Shown here one piece after another: positions 34,474 to 39,728 of a stretch of 39,728 bases of DNA. Position numbers and translations under genes: made by a program. The DNA is from a virus (taxonomy: Duplodnaviria > Caudoviricetes). Location: positions 1 through 39,728 of IMG/VR virus record IMGVR_UViG_3300013132_000098; one strand, given 5' to 3'. Each line of letters starts with the position of its first letter. Position 1 is the first letter of the stretch. The notes below the pieces were generated by a model. It saw only the letters and a program-made list of their open reading frames with translations, had not been told where the DNA came from and did no database searches.

Positions 34474-34875
34474 ATGACAATAAAAAAATACAGGTCAAAA
34501 CTAGAAAAAGTCATCAATGAAAATTGTGAACTCACATATAACACAACGGTTGAGGATTGTCAGAAATGGTTCAACATCCTCAACCGTGAACTATTCGATA
34601 ACAGCCTACCAAAAGTTCATGAGATTGATATTCGCTGGCGCAGAGGCGCACACGCATGGTATGATTATGACGAAGACAAGCCTGGTACAGGCATATCCAA
34701 ATTGCTCATGAACAAACGATACAAATCCAAACAGTTCTTCGTTGCTGTACTTTTTCACGAAATGGTTCACCACTATCAATACATCAACAACGAAAAAGTA
34801 GGACACGGCAAGTCATTTGTGAAATGGAAAAATATTGCCTTGAAATACGGCTTAGATTTTGGCATTACATTATGA
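34474..34875 (+). CDS. SprT-like zinc metalloprotease
   Basis: FNILNRELF..LP, HEMVHHYQ, GHGKSF. Confidence 0.8.
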   Translation: MTIKKYRSKLEKVINENCELTYNTTVEDCQKWFNILNRELFDNSLPKVHEIDIRWRRGAHAWYDYDEDKPGTGISKLLMNKRYKSKQFFVAVLFHEMVHHYQYINNEKVGHGKSFVKWKNIALKYGLDFGITL

Positions 34876-35414
34876 TTGATTACTATATTTATGCATATCT
34901 AAGAGATGACGGAACACCCTATTATATAGGTAAAGGTAAAGACTATCGCGCATGGAATACAAATCATACTATTCCTCTACCTAGAAATAGAAATAACATT
35001 ATTATAATAGAAAGAAATCTGACCGAAATTGGTGCCATAGCACTAGAAAGATTTTACATTCGTTGGTATGGGCGTAAAGATATAGGTACAGGCATACTTA
35101 GAAATCTAACAGAAGGTGGTGAAGGCACTTCTGGTTGGTCTCCAACAGAAGAAACAAGAACCAAGATTAGTAATGCTAAAAAGAATCCATCTATTGAAAC
35201 CAGAAAACGATTATCTCAATCTAAGATGGGTAATATACCATGGAATAAAAATAAAACCATGAGTGATGAATATAAGAAAAAAATTTCAGATACTCACGCA
35301 GATATCTCTGGAGAAAAAAATCCAATGTATGGTAGAAAGCATTCTCTGGAAAGTCTAGAGAAGATGAGGAAGAAAGCATTAGAAAGAGAGTCTAAAAAAA
35401 GAGCATTAATATGA
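34872..35414 (+). CDS. GIY-YIG (Seg-like) homing endonuclease with NUMOD3 repeats
   Basis: YYIYAY...YYIGKG, NLTEGGEG, NPMYGRKHSLES. Confidence 0.85.
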   Translation: MIDYYIYAYLRDDGTPYYIGKGKDYRAWNTNHTIPLPRNRNNIIIIERNLTEIGAIALERFYIRWYGRKDIGTGILRNLTEGGEGTSGWSPTEETRTKISNAKKNPSIETRKRLSQSKMGNIPWNKNKTMSDEYKKKISDTHADISGEKNPMYGRKHSLESLEKMRKKALERESKKRALI

Positions 35415-35575
35415 AGTACAAAAAGAATCAGTATGGTACCCGTGAAGATTATGATGATGAAGAGTATGCAGATATGCGAAAAGGGCAAAAGCGCCGCCCG
35501 ATCCGAAACTGGACAAAAGCGTTTGTGGAACACCAGAGTGAAGCCGATGAGATAGACGAATTCTACAGCAGATGA
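35411..35575 (+). CDS. Hypothetical protein (54 aa)
   Basis: ATGA-coupled; RRPIRNWTKAF. Confidence 0.55.
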   Translation: MKYKKNQYGTREDYDDEEYADMRKGQKRRPIRNWTKAFVEHQSEADEIDEFYSR

Positions 35576-35584
35576 CGTAGCGTA

Positions 35585-35657
35585 AGCAGGTATGTTCCAT
35601 GAGCATACCTGCTATGCGTTTGTGGCTATTGAAGATTTGACCTCCCATCTCTATATT
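35585..35657 (+). promoter_or_regulatory. Early promoter P3 with upstream palindrome
   Basis: AGCAGGTATG-N9-CATACCTGCT, TTGAAG-17-TATATT. Confidence 0.7.
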
Positions 35658-35685
35658 ATGTGTATCAAACAAGGGAGACTTTCTA

Positions 35686-36348
35686 ATGGCTATCATGTGG
35701 CGTGAGCAAGACAAGGGTTACAACGGTACCGAGCAGACCTGGGAGGGTGCTGTACTCAAGGTTGAGCATGATCGGAACTATCGGATCATGTCGGACGTTT
35801 GGGGTTCGGCTGACTGGGCAACTGTCTGGGACGAGTCCACGGCTGCTCCGAAAAAGATTCTGGTCAATGTCTATGATATGCAGGGCCCCCACTGGAAGCC
35901 TGCCCAGATCATTGTTGATGCTACTGACGAAATCCGCGAAAAGTACAATCAGTGGCAGATCAATCTTGAGTTTCAGCGGCGTCTCGGAACGGCTGAGTCC
36001 GATGCGCGTCAGATTCAGAAGGGTTGTATCGTAAAGGTTGTCAAGGGCAAGAACGGCAAGGGCACTGTCGGTAAGGTTGTAGTGCAGATGCAGGCTCGTT
36101 ATGGCATGGGCTGGCAATCTTCAACTGAAAACAAGTTGGGCGTTGCAACCTCTGATGTGACCTTCAAAAAGGCGCTTCCCAACGGCAGGGTTGTAGACGC
36201 TCACCGCGACATGGTCTGGGTCTGGCAGCGCAATTGCGAGAGGGTTGACGTGGCTCAGATTGACAAGGACGCGATTCTGGAGCAGGTCAAGGCAGAGGCC
36301 GCTAGGGTAGTGTCTGCCCAGCGGCCCGCCCTCCGGGCAGCAGCCTAA
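35686..36348 (+). CDS. Hypothetical early protein (KOW/SH3-like segment)
   Basis: GGGAG RBS; KGCIVKVVKGKNGKGTVGKV. Confidence 0.65.
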   Translation: MAIMWREQDKGYNGTEQTWEGAVLKVEHDRNYRIMSDVWGSADWATVWDESTAAPKKILVNVYDMQGPHWKPAQIIVDATDEIREKYNQWQINLEFQRRLGTAESDARQIQKGCIVKVVKGKNGKGTVGKVVVQMQARYGMGWQSSTENKLGVATSDVTFKKALPNGRVVDAHRDMVWVWQRNCERVDVAQIDKDAILEQVKAEAARVVSAQRPALRAAA

Positions 36349-36370
36349 AGCGTCTGGAAAATTCACAACA

Positions 36371-36454
36371 AAATCAAGGGTTTACGGTATGCTTGGAATG
36401 CATACCAGACCCTTGATTTCCGCTATTGAAACCTGAGGGTTGAATCACTATATC
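36371..36454 (+). promoter_or_regulatory. Early promoter P4 with extended palindrome
   Basis: AAATCAAGGGT...GGTATGC-N7-GCATACC...ACCCTTGATTT, TTGAAA-17-TATATC. Confidence 0.7.
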
Positions 36455-36460
36455 CAATGC

Positions 36461-36793
36461 ATGACAAGAAAGCGCCGTTCAGATCGCAACCATATCGTGT
36501 ATAAGATCACTCTTAACACTCAAGAGTATATCGGTGTCACGGCTGTCGAAAAGCGCAATCCTGAGTATAGCGCAAAGCGCCGCTGGCAGAAACACGTTTC
36601 CCGTGCAAAGCGAGAAGATAAGAATTGGAAGTTGTACGAGATGATTCGCAAGCACGGCCCTGAAAAATTTCAGATTTCTGTCGTTCAAGTTGTACGCGGC
36701 AAGAGTGCAGCACACAGTGTCGAACGTCAACTTATCCGTGAGCGAAAGCCGAAACTTAACACTGACGTTAGAGTCAAGCAGGTGCGCGCCTGA
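36461..36793 (+). CDS. Stand-alone GIY-YIG catalytic-domain protein, probably leaderless
   Basis: IVYKI...YIGVT...RRWQKH...E...LN; ATG at the predicted +1 of P4. Confidence 0.65.
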   Translation: MTRKRRSDRNHIVYKITLNTQEYIGVTAVEKRNPEYSAKRRWQKHVSRAKREDKNWKLYEMIRKHGPEKFQISVVQVVRGKSAAHSVERQLIRERKPKLNTDVRVKQVRA

Positions 36794-36849
36794 TGCATAC
36801 CTGCTATGCGAATGCTGACATTGAAATCCAGACCCCTGATCACTATATC
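36777..36849 (+). promoter_or_regulatory. Early promoter P5
   Basis: AGCAGGTG...GCATACCTGCTATGC, TTGAAA-17-TATATC; leader nearly identical to that of P2. Confidence 0.7.
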
Positions 36850-36875
36850 CATAGAGTAACAAGAGAGAGGTTCTA

Positions 36876-37076
36876 ATGACTCGTAAGATCAAGCTTCCTG
36901 ATTCGGTTGTACATCATGAAAACGTGAGTGTTCGACTCGCGGTTCAGCAACTAATCTCGGCCGTCGATGCCGCCAAGCGCGGCGATGTGGACGATATGGC
37001 CACCTTCATCCGTCTGGCTCAGATGTTTGAGCAGAACATTCCTTCCGACATCCGTTTCGCAAAGGATAGTATCTAA
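36876..37076 (+). CDS. Hypothetical early protein
   Basis: GAGAGG RBS. Confidence 0.65.
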   Translation: MTRKIKLPDSVVHHENVSVRLAVQQLISAVDAAKRGDVDDMATFIRLAQMFEQNIPSDIRFAKDSI

Positions 37077-37363
37077 TGACTAAAGACCGCAAGACTGTTA
37101 CCATCGACATGCTGTTGGAATATGCCAACGGTTATCTGGCGTCCGACTATGCCGGTGGTGATTCGGTTGAATCACAGAATCGGCGTCAGGGTGTGATTGA
37201 TCTTCTGGAGGCTTCACTCTGGGCCGTCAAGCGATATCGTGGTTACACATATCTTGACCAGAAGGCCATTACTAAGTCTAAGCCTGGTATTCGCTGGGTT
37301 GAGGGGCAAGCTCCCAACCACACGTTTCATGAAACTGACAAGACTCGTAGGAGGTATGCATAA
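37076..37363 (+). CDS. Hypothetical early protein
   Basis: TAATG-coupled ORF. Confidence 0.65.
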   Translation: MTKDRKTVTIDMLLEYANGYLASDYAGGDSVESQNRRQGVIDLLEASLWAVKRYRGYTYLDQKAITKSKPGIRWVEGQAPNHTFHETDKTRRRYA

Positions 37364-37554
37364 TGGGCAAGTATAAAGATTTTCTGATCGGCGTTGAAGA
37401 GTTGATCTTCACTGCTATGGAAAAAGGTTTTACTGATGTAGACGGCATCTATGCTTATGTCTACATGTACGAGCCGCTGGCTGATCGCTTCACTGTCGAA
37501 GCGATTCTGGATGAGTTGCATCGCATGGACGAGATGCAACTCTTTGTTGCTTGA
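37363..37554 (+). CDS. Hypothetical early protein
   Basis: GGAGG RBS. Confidence 0.6.
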   Translation: MGKYKDFLIGVEELIFTAMEKGFTDVDGIYAYVYMYEPLADRFTVEAILDELHRMDEMQLFVA

Positions 37555-37579
37555 CGCGGGATATCGTTCCTGTTATCCT
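37551..37579 (+). promoter_or_regulatory. Sigma70-like promoter
   Basis: TTGACG-17-TATCCT with extended TG. Confidence 0.5.
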
Positions 37580-37614
37580 GTCTATCGTTAAACAAACACA
37601 TAGGAGTTTATTGA

Positions 37615-38154
37615 ATGCCCAAGATTGCTGGTCGTGAAGTTCGTGGTGAGTTTCTGGCTCTCCAGTTGTTTGATCAAGTCGGTAAGGCCGTAACGCCTTC
37701 TGAAATCAATGATCATGTTGGTCGCGGTGACTATGCAGCGAAGTACATTTCGTTCCTGCGCGGCCGCCACGGCTTTGAGTTTAGTGTACAGAAAGACGGT
37801 CGCTCGGTCGTGTCTTACACTCTTGTCTCTGAGCCTGACAATGCCGCTGACGTTCGTGCAAAGGCTACTGCTGCACCTGCGGCTAAGGCTGTTGCTGCTG
37901 CTCACGGTGCTGCTAAGGCTGTGAAGGCTAAGGCCGCTAAGGCTGCGAAGCCTGTCAAGGTCAAGGTGTCTAAGCAGACTCCTGTCAAGAAGGCTGCGCG
38001 GAATGCGCTCAAGGATCGTGCTGACAAGGAAGCAGATGCATTGCTCCGCGAACTTGGTATGAAAAATGCAGGCGAGTATGCCGGCGGCACCTACTCTGTC
38101 GATCCAGACTTTGACAGCATGGACGGGATCGACGTGGCGAATTTTCTGAAGTAA
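37615..38154 (+). CDS. Putative DNA-binding protein: winged-helix-like N-domain plus histone-H1-like Ala/Lys repeats
   Basis: YAAKYISFLR...GFEF...Y; AAKAVKAKAAKAAKPVK; acidic tail. Confidence 0.55.
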   Translation: MPKIAGREVRGEFLALQLFDQVGKAVTPSEINDHVGRGDYAAKYISFLRGRHGFEFSVQKDGRSVVSYTLVSEPDNAADVRAKATAAPAAKAVAAAHGAAKAVKAKAAKAAKPVKVKVSKQTPVKKAARNALKDRADKEADALLRELGMKNAGEYAGGTYSVDPDFDSMDGIDVANFLK

Positions 38155-38163
38155 GGAGATAAA

Positions 38164-38379
38164 ATGAATAAGCGTTGGCTCTTGGCAGGGTTAGCAGCCC
38201 TGCCGTTTATCGGTGCTGCTCAGGCTGCATCTAATCGGAACTCTGCGTCATGGCGAGTTCCTGCTGGTATCAAAAAGATCCGTGTTCGCTCATGGAATCC
38301 TGATGGTAGCCGTAATCTTGACAGGACACTAAACGTGAAGCCTGGCGAGTTCTTCCGTATTGACGCTATTGAGGAGTAA
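38164..38379 (+). CDS. Small exported protein
   Basis: Signal peptide MNKRWLLAGLAALPFIGAAQA. Confidence 0.6.
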   Translation: MNKRWLLAGLAALPFIGAAQAASNRNSASWRVPAGIKKIRVRSWNPDGSRNLDRTLNVKPGEFFRIDAIEE

Positions 38380-38383
38380 TGAA

Positions 38384-38770
38384 ATGATGAAGCGTATTCT
38401 GTCTGCTTTTGGTATTGTTGGTGTTGCTTTGGGTCTTGGTGCATGTACTGATGCTGATATTGCATCTCAGAACTTGTCCAAGGCTGCGGACATGTTTGAA
38501 ATCCAGCGCCGTATCGTGTTCTATAATGGTATCACTGGTGATTACATTCTTGAGGTGCAGGGACTCTGCTCACTCGGCAACAATGACAAGGCGGGTTATC
38601 TGTCAGTAACTTGTAAGACTGGTCCAAAGGACTACAAGAAGCACTTCCTTGGATTGTCCGATAACGTGACGTTCTTTGCTGAACAGATTGAGTCTGCTGG
38701 TGCTGATGTTTACCAGTACCGCGTGATCTTCAAGCCGTCTGTGATCATGCCTGCTGTTGAGGTGAAGTAG
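38384..38770 (+). CDS. Conserved phage lipoprotein
   Basis: Lipobox LGAC; ADIASQNLSKAADMFEIQRRIVFYNGIT, HFLGLSDNVT. Confidence 0.75.
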   Translation: MMKRILSAFGIVGVALGLGACTDADIASQNLSKAADMFEIQRRIVFYNGITGDYILEVQGLCSLGNNDKAGYLSVTCKTGPKDYKKHFLGLSDNVTFFAEQIESAGADVYQYRVIFKPSVIMPAVEVK

Positions 38771-39315
38771 TGAACATATTCGCAATCAGCAACGATCCGA
38801 AGCAGTCAGCGGAATGGATGGTAGATAAACATGTTACAAAAATGACGGTGGAAAGCGCCCAACTTCTGTCGACCGCACACCGGATACTTGACGGTACCGA
38901 ATACGTTGATAAGTCTAAGACCGGTCGCAATGTAAAGCGTTGGCGTTTGGCTGATGAGCGTGAGACTGTGCTGTATTCAGCCACACACGTTTCGCATCCT
39001 AGTGCTGTGTGGTGTCGCGCGACCAATAACAACTATAACTGGCTGTATTGTCACTTTGTTGCATTGCTGCATGAATATACATATCGTTATGGTAAGATCC
39101 ATAAGTGTGAAGATATGGTAGTTGCTCTTATGCAGCCACCAAAGAATATACCTATTGGCAATCTAACGCCAGTGACGCCGGCAATGCCTGACGAGTACAA
39201 AGTGGCTGGTGATAGTGTTGCGTCTTATCGTAACTACTATCGTGTAGCCAAAGCAAGAATGCATAAGTGGACAAATCGTGAAGCACCAGAGTGGATCGAT
39301 GAAAACGTATCATGA
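38770..39315 (+). CDS. Pyrimidine dimer DNA glycosylase / endonuclease V-like family protein
   Basis: NIF...DKHVTKM..ESAQLLSTAH, TH.SHPSAVW, EY..RYGK.H, AMPDEYK, YRNYY. Confidence 0.75.
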   Translation: MNIFAISNDPKQSAEWMVDKHVTKMTVESAQLLSTAHRILDGTEYVDKSKTGRNVKRWRLADERETVLYSATHVSHPSAVWCRATNNNYNWLYCHFVALLHEYTYRYGKIHKCEDMVVALMQPPKNIPIGNLTPVTPAMPDEYKVAGDSVASYRNYYRVAKARMHKWTNREAPEWIDENVS

Positions 39316-39625
39316 GATAAAGGAACTGATCGGACGACTTCGTGAAGGTCTATATGATCAGGACATTCAAGAGAAACTAAATCCGCTTCTTGATGAAGCC
39401 GCAGATGGGTTAGAATCCATGCATGAAATGTTGTGTAAGCAGCAGGTCATCATTCGGCGTATCTATGCAGAGCATCTTCCTGATACGTGGTTTGTTTGCG
39501 GTGAGATGGGTGAGAAAGACAGCAATGGCCTACCGCAATATATAGATGTATGCCCAGCATATGGTGTTGGCTGGTATCAAGTCTATGAGAAGACTGACCG
39601 TAGTGTCAGCACAGAGGGCAGTTAA
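39299..39625 (+). CDS. Hypothetical protein
   Basis: DSNGLPQYIDVCPAYGVGW. Confidence 0.6.
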   Translation: MKTYHEIKELIGRLREGLYDQDIQEKLNPLLDEAADGLESMHEMLCKQQVIIRRIYAEHLPDTWFVCGEMGEKDSNGLPQYIDVCPAYGVGWYQVYEKTDRSVSTEGS

Positions 39626-39645
39626 GAGAGATACTAAATAGTAGC

Positions 39646-39728
39646 ATGATATATTCTTTTATCGACACAGAGACAGAAGAAGAGTTTGAACTGGAGATGC
39701 CATATGAGCAACTTCAGCCTTTTCTAGA
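39646..39728 (+). CDS. 5' part of a small T4-like protein (FmdB-like N-terminus), truncated by window end
   Basis: MIYSFIDTETEEEFELEM; ACTAAATA late-type promoter at 39633-39640. Confidence 0.5.
   Translation, partial: MIYSFIDTETEEEFELEMPYEQLQPFL

Noticed and set aside
26166-36849. GCATACCTGCTATGC repeats as CRISPR repeats or REP/MITE elements
   Set aside because: Dispersed, with no regular spacers, and each is at a fixed distance from a -35/-10 pair, so treated as promoter elements
1-39728. Genome-wide TAG or TGA recoding
   Set aside because: Long ORFs are intact under code 11, TAG ends genes normally (1767, 12287, 14336, 38770), and only one in-frame TAG was seen

Overview
This is a 39.7 kb segment of a T4-like myovirus genome. 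The evidence is nnTAAATA late promoters, a gp61 primase, a T4-type RNase H, Seg/Mob-like homing endonucleases and a CCA-ending tRNA cluster. An alphaproteobacterial (Rhizobiales-like) host is inferred from the L,D-transpeptidase, NrdJ and promoter style. Almost all genes are on the + strand. Layout: tRNA/accessory region (1-3.5 kb), late virion/internal-protein and lysis region (3.5-21.9 kb), primase-NrdJ block (22-26 kb), then early/middle small genes and the RNase H block (26-39.7 kb). The standout is a fractured gene for an RNA-ligase-like (KxDG) protein. It carries a naturally split intein (IntN 4732-5034, IntC 5740-5853) inserted just after the catalytic KWDG motif, with a free-standing HNH-like endonuclease between the halves. 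Its 5' end is also broken by a GAA-TAA-N5-GAA junction that looks like a ribosomal stop-hop site. It lies among proteins with T4 capsid-targeting-like N-termini (HAD phosphatase, P-loop kinase/nucleotidyltransferase polyprotein), which may form a virion-delivered RNA-repair kit. Other observations: five early promoters with a fixed-spacing LysR-like palindrome, RBS-sequestering hairpins on nuclease genes, a ThyX-like tail fused to primase, an ArfA-like small ORF and CCA-ending non-tRNA structured RNAs. All family assignments come from motif recognition by eye; no searches were run.
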